This document shows, one piece after another, positions 1-9,042 of a stretch of DNA of 62,285 nt. Source of the DNA: a virus (taxonomy: Duplodnaviria; Caudoviricetes); the IMG/VR virus record IMGVR_UViG_3300022700_000085, positions 1-62,285 of that record. One strand, 5' to 3'. Position numbers and translations under genes: made by a program. The notes under the pieces are model-generated. The model did no database searches. It was not told the origin of the DNA and saw only the letters and a program-made list of their open reading frames with translations. Each line of letters opens with the position of its first letter. The first letter of the stretch is position 1.

Positions 1-1
1 A

Positions 2-370
2 CTTCACATAGAGTATTTCTTTAGAACTGAAAATTCAGCAGTTTTTAGTTTATATGAAAAATCTGAAGTAGCAAGTGGAGATGCACTAACAGCAAGAAAC
101 TCCAATAGAAATTATGTTGATTCATCTGAAACAACTAATATGGTGAAGAACGGCACAATCACAACCACTAATGCAACAACGCTTGTGACTCATAATGTCG
201 GTTATGAAGAGTCATTTTTTAGTTCAGATAGTGGTCAAACAAGTTCTAGGCACGAATGGGTACTTAAAGAAAATACAGTATATACGTTTGAATTAGACAA
301 CACAGCAGGTGCAAGCAACGAAATGTTACTTCGACTTGATTGGTATGAAACTGAACCGGAGACTGAATAA
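2..370 (+). CDS. 5'-truncated hypothetical (probable virion) protein, paralog of 370..924
   Basis: Frame is open from base 2 to TAA at 368-370; shares TEN.A..S.YE, VKN.T, EW.LK..T.Y and DW.E motifs with the next ORF. Confidence 0.6.
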   Translation, partial: LHIEYFFRTENSAVFSLYEKSEVASGDALTARNSNRNYVDSSETTNMVKNGTITTTNATTLVTHNVGYEESFFSSDSGQTSSRHEWVLKENTVYTFELDNTAGASNEMLLRLDWYETEPETE

Positions 371-924
371 TGGCGATGCCAATACAAGTGACAGGTGAAA
401 AATCATTAGTGAAAGTTGATGATTATACACGGTCGATTTTAGCTATTAATCCAAGACATAATGATTTACATGAAGGTAGACAATATTTTTTTTATAACAG
501 TGAAAATGTTGGTAGTGGCAATTCAATGTCATTGAGTTTTACTACACCTAATAATGTAACTTTATCTTTTCTTACTTGTATTGACACTGAAAACACAGCA
601 AATGTATCTATATATGAAGATGTAACAACTCAAAATGGTACACCTGTCACACCTCTTAATGCTAGTAGACAACATCATAACGAAACACAAACTTCAAATG
701 TTGTAAAAAACGCCACAGTAAATACAGTTAACGCTGTAGCATTAGTTGAAAATTTGCAAATTGGTTTTAGCAATAGAAACCGATGGTTGTTACCAGGGAA
801 ATTTGATGGGCATCGAGAATGGATTTTAAAGAGGGGTACACGTTACTCAGTTATAGTAGAAAACACATCAGGAACAGACAATAAAATATTAATTTGTAGT
901 GATTGGATTGAGGGGGTATTTTAA
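370..924 (+). CDS. Hypothetical beta-rich, Asn/Thr-rich protein, probably virion-associated
   Basis: 184 aa ORF coupled by TAATG overlaps; paralogous to the upstream ORF. Confidence 0.6.
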   Translation: MAMPIQVTGEKSLVKVDDYTRSILAINPRHNDLHEGRQYFFYNSENVGSGNSMSLSFTTPNNVTLSFLTCIDTENTANVSIYEDVTTQNGTPVTPLNASRQHHNETQTSNVVKNATVNTVNAVALVENLQIGFSNRNRWLLPGKFDGHREWILKRGTRYSVIVENTSGTDNKILICSDWIEGVF

Positions 925-1079
925 TGCCAGTACAAAGATGTCAAAAGAATGGCAAGCCGGGCTATCGCTGGGGAACCGAAGGCAAATGCTACACCTATAC
1001 TCCTAACAACAAATCAAGCCGCGAACGTGCCAAAAACAAGGCAGCAGAACAAGGTCAAGCAATTAAGGCGAGCAAATGA
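924..1079 (+). CDS. Small basic phage protein (51 aa, MPVQRCQKNGKPGYRWG...), not in the ORF track
   Basis: Manual translation; ATG overlaps the previous stop (TAATG) and its TGA overlaps the next ATG (ATGA); GAGGGG upstream. Confidence 0.7.
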   Translation: MPVQRCQKNGKPGYRWGTEGKCYTYTPNNKSSRERAKNKAAEQGQAIKASK

Positions 1080-1390
1080 ACACACGAAGATTAGCACGCA
1101 AAGCACGTCGTCAAGCCATTATTAGTCACTTTAATGGTGAAATTACTGATATTGAATGTGAAGCAGTTTTAAATGCCACCAAAGATAAAGAAATTCTTCA
1201 ACGCTGGGCTGAAGAAATTGATAAACAACTCACAACTAAGAGACTTTATGGGAGTGGTTGGAAAAGTTTCTTTAGGAATGTCTGGGACTGGTTTAAAAAC
1301 AATTGGGAAGACATACTGAAGATTCTATTCCAACTTCTTCCGTTGATTCTTATGGAACGGTATAATGCAGACTCGAGATCAAGCCATTAA
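1076..1390 (+). CDS. Hypothetical protein with amphipathic/hydrophobic C-terminal helix
   Basis: 104 aa ORF, translationally coupled; C-terminus duplicated downstream of tnpB (see findings). Confidence 0.6.
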   Translation: MNTRRLARKARRQAIISHFNGEITDIECEAVLNATKDKEILQRWAEEIDKQLTTKRLYGSGWKSFFRNVWDWFKNNWEDILKILFQLLPLILMERYNADSRSSH

Positions 1391-1400
1391 AGCGAATTAA

Positions 1401-2480
1401 ATGTTGTTAGCACATAAGATTGAACTTTATCCTACCCCCGAACAACAACAGTACTTTGAACGTGCTTTTGGTTCTCGTAGACATTGTTATAATCAATTAT
1501 TAGATCATTTTAAACATGAAAAATGGTCAAGAAAAACTGCTCACGAGGTTTATAAAAATCTTCGCAAACAGTTTGGTTGGTATTCCGATATTAGTCAACG
1601 AGTAACTAGAAATACTGTTGATGATATTGATAACGCCTTTAAGCATTTCTTTCGACGAGTAAAAGCAGGTGAGAAACCTGGTTTCCCTCGTTTCAAAAAG
1701 AAAGGTATCAATGATTCATTCGCTTTTAGAGAAAGCAAACTATTTAAAGTAAATGGTCGATGGTTAAAAATCCCAAGATTAGATACCTGGATCAAATTAA
1801 GTCAGAAAGTTCGTTGGTCTGGCACATGTAAACAGGTAACAATTAGTAAAATTGCAGGTAAATACTACGCTAGTATATTAGTTGAAACTAATGATTATCA
1901 AACTAAACATGGTATAGGCGTTGTTGGTGTTGACCTTGGTGTGAAAAATTTGGTTGTGTTATCTAACGGGGTTGAATTTCCAGCAAATCAAAAGTTAAAA
2001 GATTCATTACATAAACTAAAGAAAAATCAACGTCGATTAAGTAAAAAGACGAAAGGCAGTAACCGCAGAGCAAGAGCCAAGCTTAAAGTTGCTCGTATTC
2101 ATCGTCGGATTGTTAATCAACGTAAGGCCGTTTTACATGAATTGACGGATTATTTAACTAAAACTTATGAAACTATTTGTATTGAAGACCTTGATATTAA
2201 AGAAATGCTGAAGAATCATAAGTTGGCTAGAGCTATCAGCGATGCTGGTTTTGGCACATTTCGTCAGTTTTTGAATTATAAGGCTAAGTTGCGAGGAAAC
2301 ACTGTCATTGTTATTGATAAATGGTTTCCAAGCAGCCAAATTTGTTCTAATTGTGGAACAAAAAAGAAGCTTTCGTTAAGTGAACGAGAGTATACTTGCA
2401 AACATTGTGGTTTGATTATGAATCGAGATCACAATGCTGCAATTAATATATTAAAGTGTGGACATACGTTGGCCCACTAA
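1401..2480 (+). CDS. tnpB: TnpB-family RNA-guided endonuclease (IS200/IS605/IS607 OrfB), solo, no TnpA
   Basis: N-terminal HKIELYPTPEQ HTH; GFPRFKKK; RuvC motifs GVDLG, IEDL and RDHNAAINI all intact; CSNC/CKHC zinc ribbon. Confidence 0.93.
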   Translation: MLLAHKIELYPTPEQQQYFERAFGSRRHCYNQLLDHFKHEKWSRKTAHEVYKNLRKQFGWYSDISQRVTRNTVDDIDNAFKHFFRRVKAGEKPGFPRFKKKGINDSFAFRESKLFKVNGRWLKIPRLDTWIKLSQKVRWSGTCKQVTISKIAGKYYASILVETNDYQTKHGIGVVGVDLGVKNLVVLSNGVEFPANQKLKDSLHKLKKNQRRLSKKTKGSNRRARAKLKVARIHRRIVNQRKAVLHELTDYLTKTYETICIEDLDIKEMLKNHKLARAISDAGFGTFRQFLNYKAKLRGNTVIVIDKWFPSSQICSNCGTKKKLSLSEREYTCKHCGLIMNRDHNAAINILKCGHTLAH

Positions 2481-2575
2481 AACGCACATAATAGAAGTGT
2501 AAGACTACTTGTAGCAACTTTGTTGACGATGTGAACGAAATTAATTTCTGAAAGGTAGAGAGGTACAATGCAGAT
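2455..2575 (+). ncRNA. Putative TnpB omegaRNA (scaffold ~2455-2554, guide ~2555-2575); boundaries approximate
   Basis: Position at the tnpB 3' end; nested stems CACAT/ATGTG and AATAGAAGT/ACTTTGTT around GTAAGACTACTTGTAGCA; palindrome GAAATTAATTTC at 2537-2548. Confidence 0.55.
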
Positions 2576-2939
2576 TCTAAATCCATTTCGTAATGCACCT
2601 CACACTCGATGTCGATGCAAAACAAAAGCAGGTGAGATTACTTCAGTACAATCCAACACGCCTGTATTAGATATTCCAGATGACACGTCCGAGGCACTGA
2701 TTGAAGCCATCACAGTTGGAAAAAGTGATGGTGAAGCTATGAGTTCTCGTGCCTGGCATCCTGAACGTGGTATCATGGATGTTAATGATTTTATTGCTAT
2801 GAAGAAGCTTGAAAAAGAAAAGAAGGATCTTGAAAAGAAGCAAGAAAAAGAACGAAAGAAAAAAGAAAAAGAAGCACGCGAGCGAGCAAAACAACCTAAA
2901 CAATCTGAACCCCGCACGAGCAACGATTATAAATCATAG
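2568..2939 (+). CDS. Hypothetical protein with Lys/Glu-rich coiled-coil tail
   Basis: 123 aa, GAGG RBS, directly upstream of terminase; no recognisable TerS motif. Confidence 0.55.
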   Translation: MQILNPFRNAPHTRCRCKTKAGEITSVQSNTPVLDIPDDTSEALIEAITVGKSDGEAMSSRAWHPERGIMDVNDFIAMKKLEKEKKDLEKKQEKERKKKEKEARERAKQPKQSEPRTSNDYKS

Positions 2940-2941
2940 TA

Positions 2942-4621
2942 GTGAGCCAAGGAATATTAATGGGACTCCTAACAGATTTTGGTGACACTCTACACAATGG
3001 TTTAGTGTCAAAAACATTAAACAACTGTAGTAGATGGGTAACACATCGAAGAGTGATGGGAGCCCCTTTTCCAGGTCCGTATAACTTCAAGTATCACCCT
3101 TGGTGCAGAGAAATACATGATTCAAAAGCAGAGTATAACACAATAATGAAAGCAGCTCAATTAGGGCTGACAGAAGTTGCTGTTAATCTTGCTTTTTTTA
3201 CAGTTGATGTAAGAAAACGTGATGTGCTTTATGTCTTACCAACAGCTTTAAATGCTAGTGATTTTTCCAAGTCTCGTTTTAATACTGCTTTACTTAATAG
3301 TCCTTATCTTAGCAATTTATTCACTGACACAAATACTGTCGGACTAAAGCAAGCAGGAGGTATTAATTTATATATACGAGGTTCACGAGGCGATAGCAAT
3401 TTAAAATCCATTCCAGTATCAGTATTGATTCTTGATGAAATGGATGAAATGGACCAGAAACAAATCTGGTTGGCTTTTGAACGTTTGTCTGGGCACCTTG
3501 AAAAATCAGTTTTATCTTTAAGCACGCCAACAATCCCGAAATTTGGAGTGCATAAACTTTTTCTTCAAGGAACACAAGAGCATTTCTATTTTGATTGCCC
3601 TCGATGCGGAAGATCAACTGAATTTATTTTTCCAGATTGTTTAGAAATTTGCGGTGATTCAATAACAGACCCAGATGTAAAAAAGTCTTTTCTTAAATGT
3701 AAAGAATGTAAAAAAGAAATAAAACAAGAAGAAAAACCTGAAATTTTGAAACCTGCTTTTTGGAAGCCGACAACAACGGTGTCTGATAGTCATCGTAGTT
3801 TTTACATCAACCAAATGTACTCTTACACTGTTACTGCCTCTGATTTAGCTATAGCTTATTTTAGAGGTCTTGGTGATGAAGCTGCAATGGTTGAATTTTA
3901 TAATTCAAAACAAGGTACTCCCTTTATTCCTGATGGAGGCCAAGTTACAGAAGAAGAACTTGACCAAGCTTGTAAAACATATTTTAAAAATGAACAATTC
4001 CCAACAGTTGGAACAGAACGATGTATTGTAATGGGTATTGATCAAGGAAAAATGAACAACGTTTGTATTGTTGAATATATTTTTAAAGGCGGTTCAGGAG
4101 ATATAAATGCGTCGGCTTATGCAAAACTTTTATGGGAAGGGGAATTTTCAGGTAGTGATTTTTCTTCATTAGATCCTTTAATGTATGATTGGCAAGTCAA
4201 AGCCTGTGTTATTGATGCTGACCCTCAAATCAATGATGCAAGGCGTTTTGCTAGACGTTTTCCTGGTTTTGTGTACCTTTGTCGTTATCGACAAGGGTTG
4301 ACTGGAAAAGAATATCAAGTCAGTGAAGAAGATAGTGGAGCACCTATAATAACTGTAGACCGCACTAATTGGTTAGATGCTTCTCTTGGTAGGTTCCATT
4401 CAAATAGGGTTTCTCTTCCAGCCGACACATCAAACAAATTTAAAGAGCAAATTAAAAATTTGGCTCGCACATATGAAAAAGATGCACAAGGAAACCCCAA
4501 AGCTATCTATATGAATACAGGCCCAGACCATTATGCGCACGCTTTTAATTACGCAGAGATAGCTTACCCACTCGCCGCCGGTATAGGTCAAACTGAAGAT
4601 ATTGATGAGCAGGTTTTATAA
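2942..4621 (+). CDS. terL: Terminase large subunit (lambda GpA-like)
   Basis: MKAAQLGLTE Walker A-like, LILDEMD Walker B, STPT motif, CPRC/CKEC zinc motif, MGIDQG and PDHYAHA nuclease motifs. Confidence 0.9.
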   Translation: MSQGILMGLLTDFGDTLHNGLVSKTLNNCSRWVTHRRVMGAPFPGPYNFKYHPWCREIHDSKAEYNTIMKAAQLGLTEVAVNLAFFTVDVRKRDVLYVLPTALNASDFSKSRFNTALLNSPYLSNLFTDTNTVGLKQAGGINLYIRGSRGDSNLKSIPVSVLILDEMDEMDQKQIWLAFERLSGHLEKSVLSLSTPTIPKFGVHKLFLQGTQEHFYFDCPRCGRSTEFIFPDCLEICGDSITDPDVKKSFLKCKECKKEIKQEEKPEILKPAFWKPTTTVSDSHRSFYINQMYSYTVTASDLAIAYFRGLGDEAAMVEFYNSKQGTPFIPDGGQVTEEELDQACKTYFKNEQFPTVGTERCIVMGIDQGKMNNVCIVEYIFKGGSGDINASAYAKLLWEGEFSGSDFSSLDPLMYDWQVKACVIDADPQINDARRFARRFPGFVYLCRYRQGLTGKEYQVSEEDSGAPIITVDRTNWLDASLGRFHSNRVSLPADTSNKFKEQIKNLARTYEKDAQGNPKAIYMNTGPDHYAHAFNYAEIAYPLAAGIGQTEDIDEQVL

Positions 4622-6445
4622 ATGACACAAGAAATAAATTACATTACTGCGATACGTCACCCGCATTATTTAAGAGATGAATTGTATTGGCAGGATTGGC
4701 GTGAAACTTATGAAGGCGGACCTAATTTTGTAAAACGTAATTTACAAAAATTTAGTTCGCGTGAAACAGAAGGGGATTTTCAAAATCGACGTTTCTATAC
4801 ACCAATCCCTAGTTACGCAAAAGCCGCTGTTAATGATGTGCGTAATTCAATTTTTCAGCGTCTTCGAGATGTCTACCGCCGTGGTGGCAGCGAAAATTAT
4901 ATGCGAGCCACAACAGGGGAAATAGGCGGTGTAGATAATAACGGTAGTAGCATGCAGTCGTTTCTTGGTATTGATGTTTTAACTGAATTACTTGTTATGG
5001 GCCGTGTTGGTGTATATGTTGATATGCCAGTTTTAAGTGGTCTTCAAACATTAGCTGATGTAGGTAATGCACGTCCTTACTGTTATATGTATCGAGTGGA
5101 AGACATTTTATCTTGGCAAGAAACAAAACCAGAAGAGCCAGGGGATTTTAAAACAGTACTTCTTAGAGATCAAGGCATCAGTTATAATCAAGGTTTTGCT
5201 GGTGTATCACTTCCTTCTGGTGGTTTCACTCGGTATCGTCTTATTTGGATTGATGAAGAAGACAAAAAAGTCCGAATGAAGATTTTCGGCGAAGAAGACC
5301 AACCAATTAATATTTATGGTTTACCTGTAAAAGAGGATGAATCTGTAATTAAACTCGATTTAGATAGAATCCCTTTTGCAATGATGAATCTTGGCGGTAG
5401 TATTTTAAAGGATGTTTACAAACATCAGGTAGCACTTCTAAATCTTGGTTCTAGTGATGTAGCTTATGCATTAAAAGCAAATTACCCTTTCTATGTGGAA
5501 CAAAAAGACCCGCGACAAGTCGGGGCGCACTTAAAGAAAACTGTTAACAGTGATGGCACAACTAGCACCTCAGATAATAGTGAAGCAGGACAAGAAGCAA
5601 AAACAGGTACATCTCACGGTCGTACATACCCAATGAAAGCGGACAGACCCGCCTTCATTCATCCTAGTTCTGAGCCTCTTGAAGCTTCTATGAAACTTCA
5701 AGAAAAACTTGAGGATGATATTAGAAAACTGGTAAATCTAGCTGTTCAAAATAAAACAGGCCAAAGAGCAATATCAGCAGAAGCGATGAAACTTTCTGAT
5801 CAAGGTTTAGAGGCTGGTCTTTCTTATATTGGTTTAATTCTAGAAGGTGCTGAAAGACGTATTGCTGAATACTGGGCATCATATGAAAACAAGAAACCAG
5901 AAGAAAGAAAAATCGCCATAGTAAAGTATCCTGATCGTTATAGTTTAAAGAATGATGAAGACAGAATCAATGAAGCAAAACAACTTTCAGACCTGATGTA
6001 CACTGTTCCTGGTAAGGAAGTCAAGAAAGAACTGGCCAAGAACATTGTAACCACACTTCTTGCAGGAAAAATTAATACTAAAACACTTGATACAATTTTC
6101 TCTCAAATTAATAATTCTGACTACACCACATCTGATCCAGAAGTAATTATTAGAGCCCATGAGGCTGGTTTAGTTGGAGAACAAACCGCTTCGATTGCAG
6201 TTGGATTCAGTGAAGATGAATATTTACAGGCAAGAGAAGACCATATTGAAAGAGCGAAACGTATCATGGAAGCACAACAAAATACAAAAGAAACAGAAAA
6301 AAGTGCTGCAAGAGGTATAAAAGATATTGATGAGGATAAGGATTCCGGTTTAAAAGAACGAAAAGAAGCAAATGATATGACTTTTGAAATTGAAAAAGAA
6401 ACACCGAGTAGAGGTGAAGGTAAAAGTTTGAGGAAAGGTGAATAA
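4622..6445 (+). CDS. Portal protein
   Basis: 607 aa right after terL; HPHY..W....YEGG N-terminus, GRVGVYVDMP, ISAEA, typical of SPP1/DUF4055-like portals. Confidence 0.8.
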   Translation: MTQEINYITAIRHPHYLRDELYWQDWRETYEGGPNFVKRNLQKFSSRETEGDFQNRRFYTPIPSYAKAAVNDVRNSIFQRLRDVYRRGGSENYMRATTGEIGGVDNNGSSMQSFLGIDVLTELLVMGRVGVYVDMPVLSGLQTLADVGNARPYCYMYRVEDILSWQETKPEEPGDFKTVLLRDQGISYNQGFAGVSLPSGGFTRYRLIWIDEEDKKVRMKIFGEEDQPINIYGLPVKEDESVIKLDLDRIPFAMMNLGGSILKDVYKHQVALLNLGSSDVAYALKANYPFYVEQKDPRQVGAHLKKTVNSDGTTSTSDNSEAGQEAKTGTSHGRTYPMKADRPAFIHPSSEPLEASMKLQEKLEDDIRKLVNLAVQNKTGQRAISAEAMKLSDQGLEAGLSYIGLILEGAERRIAEYWASYENKKPEERKIAIVKYPDRYSLKNDEDRINEAKQLSDLMYTVPGKEVKKELAKNIVTTLLAGKINTKTLDTIFSQINNSDYTTSDPEVIIRAHEAGLVGEQTASIAVGFSEDEYLQAREDHIERAKRIMEAQQNTKETEKSAARGIKDIDEDKDSGLKERKEANDMTFEIEKETPSRGEGKSLRKGE

Positions 6446-6993
6446 TGTCATCATATTACGGCAACCTAAGTTCTGCTAATAGTTACTTTGCTAATAAGTT
6501 ACATTCAGAATCATGGTCGGATTCCACACCATCAGACCGGCCCAAAGCATTGCTAGAAGCTACTAGGATCATTGATAATTTAAGATATAAAGGTGTGAAA
6601 CATTCCGTATGGGAAGTCATGTATGAGTGGAATTCTTCAAAGGAAAAATACGAAAAAATCTTAAGTAATCCTCCTACTCGTAATGAAATTATTTCTGCTG
6701 ATGCAGAACAGGAATTAGAGTTTCCTCGCGGACAAGACACAGAAGTACCACAAGAAATCAAATGGGCATGCTATGAAATAGCTTTTGCTCTTATTGAGGG
6801 TTTTGACCCTGAAGACGCTGCCGACCGTCTAAATATTGTTCGGCAATCTTACTCCTCTGTTAAAACGACCTACGATAACAGTAGTGAGGCTATGGAATAC
6901 TTAGCGTATGGTGTTCCCACCATGAGGGTATGGAATTTATTAAAACCATATCTTAGTGGTGTTAATCCAATTAACATTAGTAGGGCTGACTAA
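6445..6993 (+). CDS. Head-tail connector/adaptor (DnaT-like phage family)
   Basis: Y....AN.YF...W....KALLEATR.ID...YKG...Q.LEFPR...VP.EIK.ACYE.A pattern. Confidence 0.7.
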   Translation: MSSYYGNLSSANSYFANKLHSESWSDSTPSDRPKALLEATRIIDNLRYKGVKHSVWEVMYEWNSSKEKYEKILSNPPTRNEIISADAEQELEFPRGQDTEVPQEIKWACYEIAFALIEGFDPEDAADRLNIVRQSYSSVKTTYDNSSEAMEYLAYGVPTMRVWNLLKPYLSGVNPINISRAD

Positions 6994-7006
6994 CGAAAGG
7001 TTAGGC

Positions 7007-7834
7007 ATGATGATGAAGAAGACAAGTATTTTATGTTACGAAGGCGAAGGCTTTAACGAAGGCGAATTGAATAATGCCACAGGCGGCCAAGGCGGCCAAG
7101 CTGGTCAAGAAGGTCAAGCTGGTCAAACTGGTCAAGAAGGTCAAGAAGGTCAAGAAGGTAAGACTTTTACACAGGAAGAATTAAACAAGATTCTAGCTGA
7201 TGATAAACGAAAACACCAAGAAAAGTATAAGCAGCTTGAGGATTCATATAAGGAATTACTCCAAAATCAGAATCTTACTCAAGATGAGCGAGATAAAATG
7301 AAATCGCGTCTTGACGATTTGCAAAAGAGTTACCGCACAAAAGAACAGCAAATCGAATATGAGAAGAAGAAGGCCCAAGAAGAATGGGAAGAAAAGCTTA
7401 AAGAAGAAAATGAACGCGCCGACAAATGGGAAAACATGTTCAAGAAAGAAACTATGAACCGTTCGCTTCAAGATGCTGCGATGGGGACTGATGCTTTCAA
7501 TCCTAACCAGATTGTCAGTTTACTTCGTCCTTATACTCAGTTGAAAGATGACGAAGAAAGCGGCAGTTTGAAAGCTATGGTTGATTTCCCAGATATTGAT
7601 GAGAAAACAGGTGAACCTGTAAATACTTTGCGAACACCGCAAGACGCTGTAAAACGTATGAGGGAACTACCAAAAATGTATGGAAACTTATTCAAGAGTA
7701 ATGTTGTTAGTGGCGTTGGTGCTGGAAATGCTTCTGGCACTGGTGATCTAGATTCAATGGATTATTCAAAACTTACTCCTGAACAATACCGCAAGAATCG
7801 CGATCAAATTAAGAAGCGATTGAGCGGGAATTAA
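7007..7834 (+). CDS. Capsid scaffolding protein
   Basis: ATG run at 7007; GQE/GQA low-complexity linker, KTFTQEELNKI motif, long coiled coil, directly upstream of the capsid gene. Confidence 0.8.
   Translation: MMMKKTSILCYEGEGFNEGELNNATGGQGGQAGQEGQAGQTGQEGQEGQEGKTFTQEELNKILADDKRKHQEKYKQLEDSYKELLQNQNLTQDERDKMKSRLDDLQKSYRTKEQQIEYEKKKAQEEWEEKLKEENERADKWENMFKKETMNRSLQDAAMGTDAFNPNQIVSLLRPYTQLKDDEESGSLKAMVDFPDIDEKTGEPVNTLRTPQDAVKRMRELPKMYGNLFKSNVVSGVGAGNASGTGDLDSMDYSKLTPEQYRKNRDQIKKRLSGN
7082..7160 (+). repeat. 9-bp tandem repeat (GGT/C CAA GNN) encoding Gly-Gln-X
   Basis: ggccaaggc/ggtcaagaa/ggtcaagct units visible in the sequence. Confidence 0.8.
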
Positions 7835-7990
7835 AACAATCTTGTAAATTTGATTGTTCCGCGACTTTCAAATTTACATTCTACCGGTTAATCCGGGTGC
7901 CTGCTTCGCGTGGACCAGGGGCGCGTAGTATAAATTTGACCTGGGAAAAGTAATCTATTATTTTTTACCCAAGTAAAAGAGGAGTTCAAA

Positions 7991-8028
7991 ATGAACATCT
8001 TATGTTATGCAAATAGTAATGACGCGCT
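7991..8028 (+). CDS. Major capsid protein exon 1 (MNILCYANSNDA + CT)
   Basis: GAGGAG RBS; ends in U that forms the P1 U.G pair; joins exon 2 in frame. Confidence 0.85.
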
Positions 8029-8987
8029 AAATTGAATTGGCCCTCCACATAGAAATATGTGGTTGAACTTGGCTATATGCTGGAAACACACGTTAAGAAA
8101 AGAGTACGATGCTTAAGACTTGTTCCAAATGTGGTAAAGAAAAATCTTTAACATCTTTTCATTTTAGAAAAGATTCAAAGAAATACCGCAATGAATGTAA
8201 AAAATGTTTAAAACTGTTGCAAACTGCACACAGATATAATATAACATTCAAGCAAGCAGCAAGATATTATGAGCAATCTCATTGTATGTGTTGTGGGGTT
8301 GAGTTCGCAATGAAACCTAAGCAAAAACATCTACACCATGTAGATAATAAAATGCGAGGTGTTGTATGCAAGGATTGTAATATCTTGTTAAGACAGGAAA
8401 CAACAAATGATTTACATCGTTTAAAATCCTGTTTATCTTTTATGGGAAAGCAACGTGAAAATCTCTTTTATAGTGTCAATCAGCAGGGAAGCCGACGCGA
8501 TGGAAAGCTATGTGGCCCCTCAACGACTAAACGCCGAGTACCTTACTATTCTCTTGAAGGTTTACATGTTTGTAAAACTTGTCAAAAGGCACTCCCAGTT
8601 GATAAATTTTATAAAGTAAAAAATACACAAGGAATTCTAAAACCTATAACATCTTGCAAATCGTGTTATATTATTTATTGTAAATCAAAACAATATAACT
8701 TAACACCTGAGCAAGTAAATTTTCTTCGATCAAAGACAAACTGTGATTGTTGTGGTTCAGAATTTCAAAAATTTGAACCTTATATTCATCATGTTGATGA
8801 TTGTGTATTAGGTTCTGTTTGTCGATTGTGTAATTTATTTTTAGAACAAGAAACCGATCAAGTAAGACACAGGCTTATTTCCTGTGTTAAATGGATAGAA
8901 GGTAGTGATGTAGTCTGAACTGTATGGAGACATACAGAGGTGAACAGAAATGATTCACCCCTCACATAAGTGAGAGTAACAAAATTG
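8029..8987 (+). mobile_element. Group I self-splicing intron 1 in the capsid gene (959 nt)
   Basis: P1 GCUAA/UUGGC; P2 CCACATA-GAAA-TATGTGG; P3 ACTTGGC(8067)/GCCGAGT(8533); P4 TGCTGG(8078)/TCAGCA(8480); P7 ACGACTA/TAGTCT(8911); P9 CTGTATG-GAGA-CATACAG; terminal G8987; P10 GAATT/AATTC. Confidence 0.92.
8109..8918 (+). CDS. Intron-encoded putative homing endonuclease with two tandem Zn-finger/Endonuclease VII-like (His-Me) domains
   Basis: Two repeats of CxxC..CxxC..Y...CxCC..x(L/I)HH..G.VCxxCN. Confidence 0.75.
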   Translation: MLKTCSKCGKEKSLTSFHFRKDSKKYRNECKKCLKLLQTAHRYNITFKQAARYYEQSHCMCCGVEFAMKPKQKHLHHVDNKMRGVVCKDCNILLRQETTNDLHRLKSCLSFMGKQRENLFYSVNQQGSRRDGKLCGPSTTKRRVPYYSLEGLHVCKTCQKALPVDKFYKVKNTQGILKPITSCKSCYIIYCKSKQYNLTPEQVNFLRSKTNCDCCGSEFQKFEPYIHHVDDCVLGSVCRLCNLFLEQETDQVRHRLISCVKWIEGSDVV

Positions 8988-9042
8988 AATTCCCGAGATC
9001 TGGGCACAAGAAAGTCTGGCTCTGCTCGAAGAAAATATGGTT
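8988..9042 (+). CDS. Major capsid protein exon 2 (55 nt; A + IPEIWAQESLALLEENMV)
   Basis: Follows intron 1 omega-G; encodes a typical coat N-terminal helix; ends in GGUU pairing with GACC (P1 of intron 2). Confidence 0.88.

Noticed and set aside
1343-1347. TTGAT as the TnpB TAM
   Set aside because: Matches the ISDra2 TAM but is not adjacent to where the duplicate similarity begins; could be chance, so TAM left unassigned
1391-2554. Complete IS605/IS607 element or IStron
   Set aside because: No tnpA, only 10 nt between the upstream stop and tnpB, and no group I core motifs around it
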